In this document: positions 36,755-48,336 of the stretch, one piece after another | Numbering within the stretch: the first letter of the stretch is position 1 | Layout of the letters: each line of letters starts with the position of its first letter | From: Octopus vulgaris | Taxonomy: Eukaryota | NCBI GenBank assembly: GCA_951406725.2 | Contig: OX597822.1 | Coordinates: forward strand, 112,220,001 to 112,284,000 | Length of the DNA: 64,000 bases | Direction of reading: 5' to 3' | Notes under the pieces: generated by a model | Databases searched by the model: none | What the model saw: the letters and a program-made list of their open reading frames with translations, nothing else | What the model was told of the DNA's origin: nothing | Made by a program: the position numbers and the translations under genes

Positions 36755-37415
36755 GGTGGCGAGCTGGCAGACACGTTAGCACGCCGCACGAAATGCTTAG
36801 CAGTATTTCGTCTGCCGCTATTTTCTGAGTTCAAATTCCGCCAAGGTCAACTTTGCCTTTCATCCTTTCAGGGTCAATTAAATAAGTACCAGTTACGCAC
36901 TGGGGTCAATGTAATCGACTTAATACCTATGTCTGTCCTTGTTTGTCCCCTCTATGTTTAGCCCCTTGTGGCCAATAAAGAAATAGAAATAGGTATGAGG
37001 TCATTTTACTTGGCACCAGTAGGAGTTCAATTTACTTGGCACCAGCACGAGTGCATTTTAACATGGTACTGGCATCTGCAAGACAAGATGCCTTGTGATA
37101 TTTGTTCTTGTTCTTTGTATTGCAGGTTCAATTCTTGCAAAGCCCAAGTTTTGCCTTTTATCCTTCCAAGGTTGATAAAGTAACCATCATGTATTGGCAG
37201 AATCGTTAGAGCGCCGGGCGAAATGCTTAGCGGTATTTCGTCTGCCATTACGTTCTGAGTTCAAATTCCGCCGAGGTCGACTTTGCCTTTCATCCTTTCG
37301 GGGTCGATTAAATAAGTACCAGTTACGCACTGGGGTCGATGTAATCGACTTAATACCTATGTCTGTTGTTGTTTGTCCCCTCTATGTTTAGCCCCTTGTC
37401 GGTAATAAAGAAAAA
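36755..37415 (+). mobile_element. Two SINE copies of the same family (about 36755-36990 and 37195-37415)
   Basis: Same head, centre and tail as 24278. The first copy has an imperfect TSD ggtatga(t/g)gtcat. The second sits inside an older relative. Confidence 0.85.
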
Positions 37416-38858
37416 GGTATCGACTAGTCCCACCTCCCCTCAAAATTGCTGGTCTATTACCTAAATCAGAAACAATTATTATTTCTACCACGAATATCAT
37501 CGTCCACATAACTTTTAAAATGCTGTTGTTTTATGTGGGATGGAATTGCACTGCAGTTAATGTATCTCAATCATAGTATTTTTCAACCTAAAGAATTTCC
37601 AGTGAAATTAATCTGATTTTTCTCTGACATTTTATCTCCCAGTCCATATTCCATAATTTTTCAACATCCTATGATACGGCTTATGTCTTTGTTAGGAAAT
37701 TAAAGAAATTAGTTTAACTACTTTTACTCTTTATAATTTATTTCTAAACTTTGTAGCCTTTTTATAATGATCATCATCTTCATCGCTGTCGTTTAACGTC
37801 CACTTTCCATGCTTTACAAATATCAGTAATATGTCCACTTTCCATGCTAGCATGGGTTGGACAGTTTGACTGAGGGCTAGCAAACCAGACGGCTGCACCA
37901 GGCTCCAATCTTGATCTGGCAGAGTTTCTACAGCTGGATGTCCTTCCTTACGCCAACCACTCCGAGAGTGTAGTGGGTGCTTTTTACGTGCCACCGGCAC
38001 AGGGGCCAGTCAGGCAGTACTGGCAATGACCACGCTCAAATCTTTTTACACATGCCACCGGCACACGTGCTAGTAAAGCGGCGTTGGTAACTATCCCACT
38101 CAAATGGTGCCCTTTTACGTGCCACCGGCACGGAGCCAGTTGGCTGCTCTGGCAATGATCACGCTCGAAGCAGAGCAACCATAAAAAGGATTAGCTGACA
38201 TGCTTGATACGTTTTACATGTAATATCTTCATATTTGAGAAGAACAATCTCTATTTTCACCATACACACTCCAACTACAATTTGAAATTTTTTCCAAGAA
38301 TGTGGTATAAGTGAATCCAAAATGCCAGGAACTGTATTGAAATGATGACGCTTACATATAATTGCAAAAAGCTTAAAATTGTTGATGCTTCTAGGGAAAT
38401 TTAGAAATATCTTTGGTGCTAGCATGATTGCAATGGTAACTGGATGGAATTTACTGAGCAACATCTAGTATCCCAATTTTAGTCAATCCCTGACATATTA
38501 CAGAGGCTTGGGAGACACTTGCTGCCGACCGCTCATCCTGGTGCAGCGCAATCACCACAGGAGCAAAGTCAGCAGAACAGAAACACCAGATGCGGAAAGC
38601 CAGAGCCACCTGCACCAATAGCACAGCCCCTACCCACTTCTGCCCCACCTGTGGGAGGGGCTTTCTTGCCCGGATTGGCCTCACCAGCCACCTCTGGTCT
38701 CATAGCAGCAATTCCACCAAATGATGTCAATGGTCATCTTCGAACCCGAAGGACGAACATTATTATTATTATTACTGATATTTGCAAAGTGTGAAAAGTT
38801 AATTTCATTGTTGTAGGATTCAGATTGTCATTTCATTCTCTCCTTTTTCTTCTAACAG

Positions 38859-38899
38859 GTTTTCTCACTGCCACCTTACACAGCATGATTCCACCTGAG
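38859..38899 (+). CDS. ATG9: ATG9 coding exon 14
   Basis: GFLTATLHSMIPPE resembles GVTVTVCRSFIPDQ. Splice sites ctaacag / gtaatg, phases 1/0 fit. Confidence 0.88.
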
Positions 38900-39626
38900 G
38901 TAATGTCTAGAATTATTCTATTTTGTTTTTCTTCTTGTCAATTTTATAATTTCAAAATTTCTACATTCTTAATAATATTTAAGCCAACTGGAGTTTCCAG
39001 ACTACAATTGTCTGTTATGGTGTGGTTTCTATGGCTAGATGCCCTTAACACTAACCACTTAAGCGAGTGTGCTGGGTGCTTTTCACGTGCCACTGGCATG
39101 TGTGCACATATGCACCACCAGCATAGGTGCTTTTTATGTGGCCCCAGCACCTGAAGGGACAAGCCCATATGTGTGGAAGACAGCAATTTTACTTAGCGTG
39201 CCCTGTCTTATCAAGTACAGCAAATCACCACATCTCTTGGTCCCTTGTCATTTCCTCAGTGAGGCCCAGCATCTGAAGATCCTTTCTCACCACTTTCCCC
39301 CACGTCTTCATGGGTCTACCCCTTCCACAGGTACCCTCCACAATTAGAGCTCAACACTTCTTTACGCTGCTGTCCTCATCTATACACATCACATGACCAA
39401 ACCAGCAAGGTCTTCTCTCTTGCACACAACATCTGATGCCTCTTAAACCCAGTTTTCCTCTTTTCCTACTTAGGTAAGGGGCCTAACTGTTGAAAATGTC
39501 CATAAGAACATAACAAGTCATTCACTGGATTGATGTCTACTTCATCTTCTGGATAAGATCAGCACATTCCTAGAAGTGACAATGGACCTATGAATTTATT
39601 TCATGATATTTTCTTATCTTTTACAG

Positions 39627-39761
39627 CATGAAGTATACAACCCAGAAGTGTTGATGCGAGCCATTCTTAGTCAGATCCATTATATGCCAGACAATTGGAA
39701 ATGTAATGCTCATACCAACTGGGTCAGAGACGAATTTGCTCAGTTGTTCCAGTACCGATTT
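39627..39761 (+). CDS. ATG9: ATG9 coding exon 15
   Basis: HEVYNPEVLMRAILSQIHYMPDNWKCNAHTNWVRDEFAQLFQYRF resembles PEQLLRVILAHIHYMPDHWQGNAHRSQTRDEFAQLFQYK. Confidence 0.97.
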
Positions 39762-40638
39762 GTAAGTTTCTTTTTGATTTTTTTGCTTTTCATATTATTA
39801 TTATTATACATGTGCACTAATTATATGTGTCATAGGAATGTTATATTTTATTAATACGTGAGTGAATTGCTACTATATCAAAGTTATGGAATGGAATCCA
39901 CAAAATGCATTTTGATATGTTTCCGACTCAAATTATGCAAAAACAAAGAGAAAGAAGTGTTTTTGTGGGATTTCTTTAATACTTTGATCCTTGAGTGAAC
40001 AATTTTGAGCAAAACAACAAATGGGGATTCCATGTGTAAACCAGCACAGCAATCTAAAATCACATTTGTGTGCTGAAAGATATGTTTTTTATAATGAAAT
40101 TAATGACATAGATAAAAAAAAAATTACTTTCTAAAATATAAAAAAAACTCCCAAAATAATCATTTATTTCTTTGTGAGAAACATTTTCCATCATGATGAA
40201 AAATGTTTTTCTATTTGTCATTAATTTCATTTTGTAAAAACACACCTTTTGAGTGTGTAATCTAATTGCACTGAATTATCCATCATAAAGACTATCTGTC
40301 AGTACACTGCATTGTGAGAATGGTAAAAATCAACATTTTGTCAGTGGTACATTGAAGCTTGTGAAAAGTCTTTTAGTTTGGAGTATTGTGTTAATTATAT
40401 ACCTTGTGGAATACTGAGATATTTCATAGATGTGAATTTTTTACTGAGGGAGTTTAAGATTTGAAACCCTCAACTTCTTAGTGTATTTGCTGAATATTGG
40501 TCATATTTCATTTTGTGGGAAACTTAACAGCTTACATACGACCGTATATATTGGGTAAAGAAAAAATAACATTCTACATTTTGTAATAGTTTGACTTGTA
40601 GTACTCCACCTTTTGGGTACATGCTTTATAAAGTTTAA

Positions 40639-40859
40639 CCCTTTCGTGTTCAGATTAATCTGCTAAATGTAATATTTTTTTCACTCAAATTATTTTCAAT
40701 TAATCATACATTATCTTACAGCTTTGAAGTTTCAATGGTGTGATAGTTTATTCTTAGAATTTCAATGTAGGTTAGGTGTGAGGGACTAGATATGGCCAGT
40801 TTGAATGTAAAACATGTAGGATATTTGGGCCAGATATGGCCGGCTTAAACACCAAAGGG
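40639..40859. mobile_element. piggyBac-type MITE, same family as 10464 in the opposite orientation
   Basis: TTAA-CCCTTT...AAAGGG-TTAA. The interior is similar to the reverse complement of 10464-10684. A further truncated copy lies at about 62023-62232. Confidence 0.8.
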
Positions 40860-41301
40860 TTAAAGGAAGAAATTTTCATTAGCAGTATTGAATTAAAATT
40901 AAAAGACTCGTGATATAAATGGTTACCACAAATTAATTAGTAAACTTTTCTAATACCTCTTGGGTAAGGAAAAGATTACCTAATTTTATTTATAGCCCAT
41001 AACTTACAGCCTATAACCATCTCTAAACTTTAGCTGTTAAACTTAAAATAAAGTGTGTTCGAAAATTAAAAATAAATATTTAATTTATAATTGACCTAAC
41101 ATTTTAACGAGCCAACTTTGAAACTTTTGATTCATTTATGCTACTAATCCTTTGCAGCTGGTGTCAACATGATACCATTCCCATTTCAAGCATACTTTGA
41201 ATCTACAAAATATTCTTCAGTATATTGATTATAACTCCCTTTTTAGCTTTTCTTATAATCATATATAATGTATCAAATTAGTTGTTTCTTTAATATATTT
41301 A

Positions 41302-41533
41302 GGGCGGCGAGCTGGCAGAATCGTTAGCACGCGGGGCAAAATGCTTAGCGGTTGTTCGTCTGCCATTATGTTCTGAGTTCAAATTCCACCGAGGTCGACT
41401 TTGCCTTTCATCCTTTCGGGGTCGATTAAATAAGTACCAGTTACGCACTGGGGTCGATGTAATCGACTTAATCCCTTTGTCTGTCCTTGTCTGTCTCCTC
41501 TATGTTTAGCCCCTTGTGGGCAATAAAGAAATA
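41302..41533 (+). mobile_element. SINE, same family
   Basis: Full-length match to the 24278 copy. Confidence 0.88.
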
Positions 41534-41625
41534 AATATATTCCAAATGATATTGGGGGATATGTTGTTTTGAGTAAATATCTGGTCAGTATGTATATTCT
41601 TCCCCATAATTCTTCCTTTTTTTAG

Positions 41626-41805
41626 GTTTATCTTATTGAAGAACTTCTCAGCCCGATTGTTACTCCCATCATCTTGTTTTTCTGGATACGACCAAAATCT
41701 CTTGAAATTGTTGACTTTATGCGTAACTTCACTGTTGATGTTGTTGGTGTTGGTGATGTCTGTTCATTTGCTCAAATGGATGTCAAGAAACATGGAAACA
41801 CTCAG
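41626..41805 (+). CDS. ATG9: ATG9 coding exon 16
   Basis: VYLIEELLSPIVTPIILFFWIRPKSLEIVDFMRNFTVDVVGVGDVCSFAQMDVKKHGNTQ is the highly conserved ATG9 block. Confidence 0.98.
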
Positions 41806-42235
41806 GTTCGGACAATTTCTCTCTCTCTCTCTCTCTCTCTGTCTTCGTAATGTTACTTCTTTTCATTGCATTACATAGAGCAGAATGACCGACTGACCAT
41901 ATATTACCATGTGTTCAAATTTTATTATAATCATTTTGTTCTGCTCTTGATGACGAAAAGGCACACACACATCCACTTGCTTCCATTTTGTTCCGAGTTT
42001 CCACTTTTACTTTTCAGGTGAGTGGTAAGAAAGGTATTCATCTGTAAAAACAATTGTTTCATCAGTGTTAAAGTGCTAACATTCATGAAATTCATCTCAC
42101 GGATGCTAGTATGGAAAAGTCACTTCCAAATATACTTAGATGAATAATTACTGTTCATTAGAAAGGAAAAGATTTCCTTTGTACTGGAAGTAGTGTGATG
42201 TGTCTCATCAGATCAGGGTTTATCATAACATCAGG

Positions 42236-42929
42236 TCTTCAGTTTTGCTCACAGATTTTTTAATTATTTTTTTTTTAACTAAACAGTTTGAAATCTTGTA
42301 TACTGGTGTAATTTCTCATGGTGAACATGATTTACTTTCAACATTTTTGATAAAATTTCGTATTTTAGAAGTTATTTCATGTTGTCATATTTGGGTAGTT
42401 GTCATATTTGGGTAGTTTTAACCAATCAACGGCATGTATTCAGCTGAAGAAAGCTACTGCTGTAATCAAAGAGCAACAACTTCCGGGTCATCTCTACTAA
42501 ATGTCACCACTCTGTTCTATTTTATTTTTGTTTACTTATTGTGTAGCTTATTAAACACTTTGTTTTTTTGCTTTTCAATTGCCTCTTTGTACATTTGCAT
42601 TTCAAAGAGGTGATCAAAAAGCAAAAACAAAAACAGTGTTTAATATGCTACACAGTCAGTAAACAAAAATAAAATAGAACAGAGTGGTGACATTTAGTTG
42701 TTGCTCTTTGATTACAGCAGTAGCTTTCTTCAGCTGAATACATGCCGTTGATTGGTTAAAATTACCCAAATATGACAACTTCAACATGAAATAACTTCTA
42801 AAATATGAAATTTTGTCAAAAATGTTGAAAGTAAGCCATGTTTAGCATGAGAAATTACACCAGTATACAAAGTTTCAAACTGTTTAGTTTAAAAAAAATA
42901 ATTAAAAAATCTGTGAGCAAAACTGAAGA
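42236..42929. mobile_element. About 695-bp foldback (palindromic) element in ATG9 intron 16
   Basis: The left arm tcttcagttttgctcacagatttt... is the near-perfect reverse complement of the right arm ...aaaatctgtgagcaaaactgaaga. Loop at about 42590-42602. Confidence 0.9.
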
Positions 42930-43201
42930 AATCTGAGATTATCAGTGTAATAGATCAGGGATTATCAGCTCATAGTTGTTTCAAGCATTTTGTTTTATCT
43001 TCAAACAGGATACTGTATTCAGTGTAAGTTACTCTACCTAGACTCATTGTCAGTTCTTGCAAGGTAGATTTGTGATTGAGTAGCATGCAATATTCAAGAG
43101 TGCTCTTCATTTATTATTTTTATTCTTCTTCAATTTCTTTCTAATATTTTCAAAAAATAATAATTTTTCTGAATATTTTGTCCATTTTTTTGGTTGTTCA
43201 G

Positions 43202-43288
43202 TTATTGAATACTGTCAAGAAAGTAGAAAGGACTCACTACCAACAAGCTGAAGATTCAAAGACAGAGCTGTCTCTCATTCATTTCAGG
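43202..43288 (+). CDS. ATG9: ATG9 coding exon 17
   Basis: LLNTVKKVERTHYQQAEDSKTELSLIHFR resembles YQQAEDGKTELSLMHFA. Splice sites gttcag / gtgagt. Confidence 0.92.
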
Positions 43289-43549
43289 GTGAGTATTTCC
43301 TGATTGAAGGATTTGTAAGTCCTGTCGACATTGGTTCTCTTCTTTAGATTTCATAAATTTAAAAATAAAAAGAACAACAAAATCACTGCTGTTATCTTTT
43401 AGAGAATCCTATTCTTCTCGTAATTCCGTCATCTTGAACCTAACGAAAATGCCATTAATTTACCAACACTGTTCTTTCTTGTACTAAATATGTATTGACT
43501 GAGTTCACAGATATTTTCAAAGTGTTGTCTCCTTACTAACTACTTTTAG

Positions 43550-43616
43550 ATGACAAATCCTGGCTGGAAAATTCCAGAGAATGGTAATTCCTTTTTGACA
43601 GGCTTCAGAGAGCAAG
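43550..43616 (+). CDS. ATG9: ATG9 coding exon 18
   Basis: MTNPGWKIPENGNSFLTGFREQ resembles ITNPGWQPPRESTAFLGFLKEQ. Confidence 0.94.
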
Positions 43617-43796
43617 GTAAGTTCTATAAATTTGCAGAATCGTGAGAGATGTTGAGTAAAGTAAGGACATCTTGCTGACCATTCTACTCGAATAAACTCC
43701 ACTCCGACTCGTGCAAACAGAGAGCCAACGTCACCTCTTACTCACCAAGTTGTCTCCTTTGTACTAAATGTTGATTTCTTTTAACTATACACAAAG

Positions 43797-44102
43797 TTCT
43801 ATTGTGTCTGGGGAGAGTCAATATTCTTTTTGTGCCTTATTATGTAACACACTCACAGGTAAAATTTCCACGTTTTTTCTTATTTTTATTGTCCTAAAAT
43901 TTTTGTTGTGTCTTACAACCTTTTCAATAGTTTTGACTCTCTTTTAGGACAATAAAAATAAGAAAAACGTGGAAATTTTACCGGTGAGTATGTAATATTA
44001 TAAGGCACAAAAAGAAAATGACTCTCCCCAGACACAATAGAATATACTTCAACACACGAACTCATATAAAGAATCTTGCAAACCAAATCCCAAAACGAAA
44101 TA
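43797..44102. mobile_element. Palindromic MITE-like element (intron 18), same family as 34852
   Basis: ttctattgtgtctggggagagtc...gactctccccagacacaatagaa. The unpaired extension is on the opposite side compared with the first copy. Confidence 0.85.
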
Positions 44103-45359
44103 TACACGAAGTTAGTTTTTAGGAAAAGTGGTATGGTTAAATGATTGAACCCTGGTACATAACTAGTACATATTTTATTGAGGCTAGTTTGAATTTGTGA
44201 ACAAAAGAAAGATATATGCAAATACTTTAATACATTTAGCCCGGTACTCCATTTGTTTTTGTTAACCCCTTCGCTCATTCCCTCATGGTTACTAATTATA
44301 AGACATCTTTCCTCAAACTGTTAGTACCTAATGTGGGTGATACTTTCTACTCCTGTGAGATTACCTAGGAGGAAGTACTAAGAGATAAGATGATGTGTGA
44401 AACTAGATATTTTTCAGAGGTATTTTCTTTTGCTGTGAAACTAGTAAACTATTTCCCTTAGTACACTATATCAGGAGACTGTCCTGATATATTCCACTGT
44501 CTGTAATGTAAAATGTATTGTCAGATTATGGTAATGAGAAAAAAATGCAAAACTTCTGGAAGCTGATGCAAATTATAGGAAGTAAAATATCTTGTGTTTT
44601 ATTATGATAATAAAAATAATAATAATGAAATTATTGTATACAGTGCTCAGGTGCACCACAATTTGTCAAAAGTGCGTATAAAGTATATGCAGTAATGTAC
44701 AAATGTCTGGAAAGTGAACAGTGTATGAGTCAGGTACATGCTTGCGTGTGTATGGAGGGAGAAAATCAGGTGTAGTGTTGGCGAATCTCAGGAAGCATGG
44801 AAGTTTTGAAGGATGCTGTTCTCCGACAACTAACAACTGATGTTTGGTAAAGACCAGTTTTGTCTGATATTTTATATTAATTTCTTATATTGGCATAATT
44901 TCTTATATTTTATGTGCATGAAGATGGCCACAGTCAGGTAAGTGAAACATTAGATATAAAAAAAATAAAGATGAGGTTAAAGAGCAGTTTCAAAACCTTT
45001 TGCTGTTGTACTTTTATTCTTCTGCGTACAAAGAGTGTCGCAATATGCATGTGAGACCTGTTTAAAAACTTTACAGTGGGACACCGAACACCATGGGTTG
45101 GTAACAATTTTAGAAATAGGTCAAGTTTTCTAATAGAGGCTGTATTGTGCTTAGAAGTTAATTAAAAACACAAGCATGTAGACACGTACTCACCACTCCT
45201 ATAGAGTGTATGTGAGTGTGCTTTTTACGTGCTTCCATTTCCTGAGCACGCCCCTATTAATAATAATACTGGCAATGTTCCATTGTTGTTGCTTTTTTTG
45301 TTTCCACCTGCACAGGAGCCAGTCCATACACTGGCGACGATATATATATATATATTATA

Positions 45360-46163
45360 CTAGCAGCATAGCCCGGCGTTGCCCGGGTATGTAAGAGCCC
45401 CTAGTAGGCAACGACTAATCCCAATCTAGTCCTTTCCCTCTAGGGAACGAAGGCGCATGTGTAGGTTGCAATGTCTTCTCTTCACTCCCAAATAACTATC
45501 AAACAGCTATCGATAATTCAACCCAACCAATTCCTATCAGGAAGAAATTACATTCGAGACTTTACCCCATTCGAGACTTTACCCACTTCTGCTAATAGCT
45601 GCTGCAGCCGCAAGTTATTCAAATACTTTTTTTGTTTACACTTTCTTTATAACTACCACCCCAAACGTTTTACCTTAAATTTTTGACGTACCCTAAGGGT
45701 CCTCGGACGCTACTTGCAAACTCTTGGTTTATTATAAACCGCTTTTGTCGTGTGCATCAAAAAACCTTTTCCATTCGTTTGTTCAGTTTGGTCACTTTTG
45801 ACTTTTTCGTTGTTGTCACTCACATTGCTGCTCGCTTTTTTGCCGTTTTTGTACATTTTTATACATTTTGGGATACTTACCCTACGTGTTCCGAGAGTTA
45901 AAAAGGTCGAGTTGCGTCCCCTAGACAGTCTGTAGAAAATGTGTTGCATATAAAAAGCTTAGATTCTCGACCCATGTCGAATTTATCAATATTTTTCAGA
46001 ACTGGGGGAACTTTTCAAAATTTTCGCTGTGTTAGTTTTGAATTATGACTTTGGGCTATGTGTGTGTCAAGTTTCATCAGAATCGGTTGAAAGCCGTGGT
46101 CAGGGTGAGGGTACAACCTGACAGACACACAGACAGACAAACTACCGTTTATATATAGAGAGA
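45360..46163 (-). mobile_element. Non-autonomous Helitron
   Basis: Minus strand A|TC(tctctatatata)...cccgggcaacgccggg hairpin...CTAG|T. Termini resemble the 24754 element. Confidence 0.78.
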
Positions 46164-46350
46164 TTCTGTTTGTTGTTTGCTTCATAGTCACATTCTATTT
46201 GAAGTTTGCTCTTTGGCATTTACCTTATGCTCAATATTATATACCATTGCATCCTATAAATGATCTTGCCTCTTTGTATCTGATATTTCCTGTCATTGTA
46301 GCTGTATCTTTATAATAATTTTTTTTATGTGATATTTTCTCTTACTGCAG

Positions 46351-46469
46351 CGATACGTGATATTGCCTCCCTGAGCATGACGCCTCTAGATAATCCACCT
46401 TTGAATCCATTCCATTATTTAGCCGGCACTGGTATTAGTAAAGACAGTGTTTTAGGAGGACTAGGCTAT
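46351..46469 (+). CDS. ATG9: ATG9 coding exon 19
   Basis: AIRDIASLSMTPLDNPPLNPFHYLAGTGISKDSVLGGLGY. Good splice sites (ctgcag / gtaagt), and phase 1/0 bridges exons 18 and 20. Homology is weak in this disordered region. Confidence 0.8.
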
Positions 46470-46838
46470 GTAAGTAACAATTTTTTCACTATATATTTCA
46501 CAATTTATGCAACATTAGTATTCTAGCATATTGTTGTAGTCCTGTATGACCAAGTAAATTTCATATTATCACTAAAATATAAGTAATACATATTAGGAAA
46601 ACATCTTAGAATATTGTCTCTTTTCCTTTATATCGTCATTTAATGTCTCTTTTCCATGCTGGCATGGATCGGATAGCTTGACAGGAGTTTGCAAGGCCAG
46701 GAGCTGCATTAGGTTCTAGTAATAAAAAAAATTTATTTAAAATACATACTTTTAGTAAGATATTCTTTATTCACAAATCAAAATTTATAAGATGCTCTTT
46801 GAAAATATATACTTAAAATATGTTTCTATTTTTTGCAG

Positions 46839-47543
46839 TATTCCAGTTTTGGACTAAACAGTATTCCATCTGGACAACCAGGACAGTCACTCGATCCTCT
46901 TCCTGGACAAGGAACTGGCCCCCAATTAGCCTTTCCTCCTGGCTCACAGTCTGGTTATTCCCCTGGTCCACAGTCTGGATTTCCCCCTGGTCCACAGTCT
47001 GGATTTTCCCCTGGTCCACAGTCTGGATTTTCCCCTGGTCCTCATGCTGGGTTTTCTCCTGGTCTGCAATCTGGCTTTTCTCTTGGACCTCTGTCTGGAT
47101 TTTCACCTGGACTTCAACCTGCCCTTTCAGTTGGTTATCCAAGCCATTTAGGAAATGCAAGTTTATCAATTAATTCTCTACGAGCCCGAGTAAAAGGGGC
47201 TGTTGCAAGTTGTGAGGGTCCCCTTTTCCCATGGTCAAGTAATGTGACAGGTTTCGCAAGCTCAGGAGTTAATTCTGACACATCAGTGGTACCTCATCTG
47301 CAAACAAACGGATTGGAGCAGGGCCTGGAAGTGGCTTCAGTGGAGATGGGGCTAAGTGCCCTGTACATTCATGATTTGAACCATCGACAAAGTATTAGAG
47401 GAATTGATAATGTTGATGAAGCACAGTCTCGCAGAATATGGCAGTCGTCACCAGAAGAGATGCGAGCATTTATGACTGACCAGGAAATAAATAAGCAGAA
47501 TGAAGAAATTTCTAAACAGAACAGTCAAAGCAAACCACTCTAG
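46839..47543 (+). CDS. ATG9: ATG9 last coding exon 20 (disordered C-terminal tail, stop TAG)
   Basis: Open 705 nt after ttttgcag. Contains EVASVEMGLSALYIHDLNHRQ, which resembles ATG9A EYASTEMSLHALYMHQLHKQQ. Total spliced CDS is 2544 nt = 847 aa. Confidence 0.92.
   Translation, partial: YSSFGLNSIPSGQPGQSLDPLPGQGTGPQLAFPPGSQSGYSPGPQSGFPPGPQSGFSPGPQSGFSPGPHAGFSPGLQSGFSLGPLSGFSPGLQPALSVGYPSHLGNASLSINSLRARVKGAVASCEGPLFPWSSNVTGFASSGVNSDTSVVPHLQTNGLEQGLEVASVEMGLSALYIHDLNHRQSIRGIDNVDEAQSRRIWQSSPEEMRAFMTDQEINKQNEEISKQNSQSKPL
46932..47123 (+). repeat. Coding 24-bp tandem repeat (8 units) encoding (F/Y)SPGPQSG
   Basis: In-frame TTT TCC CCT GGT CCA CAG TCT GGA-like units in ATG9 exon 20. Confidence 0.95.
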
Positions 47544-47981
47544 CAAGAAATGTGTGTAATAACTACTTTGCTCCATACACAGCTCTGCATATTCTGAATA
47601 CTGTCTGGCAATATTTACTTCCTATTTGAGACTGTTGATAGCTTGCTATCGTGATAAATGCTCTTTGAATCATCTCATGCTATCTTGAAAGAAAAACTTG
47701 TTAATTTTTTCCTCTCCCTATGGCATAGGATCTGTGCGTACATTATAACTGTTTTTATAACTTTATAACTGTACATTATTAAAACATGATTCTGACAGTG
47801 ACGTCCTTAATTCGGATCCTATATCTACGATTTTATATATTTTTTTTTATTTGTTAGAAACAGTTTGAAGAAGGGGAAAAAAAATAAGAAGAGAGAAAGA
47901 AACTGTACAAATATAATATTAATTGATCAAAGCGTAAATTTGTTAATTTTGAAATTGTTTTTTTTTATTTATTGTTTGCTT

Positions 47982-48102
47982 TTAATTTATGCTATGTTAA
48001 TGTATGTTAATTTATGCTATGTTAACATATGTTAATTTGTGCTATGTTAACGTATGTTAATTTATGCTATGTTAACATATGCTAATTTGTGCTATGTTAA
48101 CA
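47982..48102 (+). repeat. 25-bp minisatellite (about 4.8 copies) downstream of the ATG9 stop
   Basis: Unit ttaatttatgctatgttaacatatg in tandem. Confidence 0.9.
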
Positions 48103-48330
48103 CCATATTGTTCAGAAACTGACACAAACATTCACTGGCTGATTTGTATATTTATTGAAATATTATGTAAACTTCAAATTATGTGTGTTTGTGTGTATGT
48201 GCATGTGCTTTTGTGTGTGTGTGTGTGTACATATTTATTCAAAAACGGTGACAGTGTCTTCAAAGTTTTGCCAAAATTGACTTAAAATAGATTTAGTGAA
48301 ACTTCAAAGTCACTATCAATGTTTTTTTAC

Positions 48331-48336
48331 AATAAA
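48331..48336 (+). promoter_or_regulatory. Candidate ATG9 polyadenylation signal AATAAA
   Basis: First canonical hexamer I can see after the stop, followed by U-rich sequence. An ATTAAA near 47778 is an alternative. The background is AT-rich, so this is weak. Confidence 0.3.

Noticed and set aside
43534-43540. TACTAAC or U12-type branch point before exon 18
   Set aside because: The donor is an ordinary gtgagt and the motif is only about 10 nt from the AG. No evidence for a minor-class intron.
46813-47173. Overlapping alternative-frame and antisense ORFs (W-rich, Q-rich)
   Set aside because: Shadows of the 24-bp coding repeat in ATG9 exon 20.
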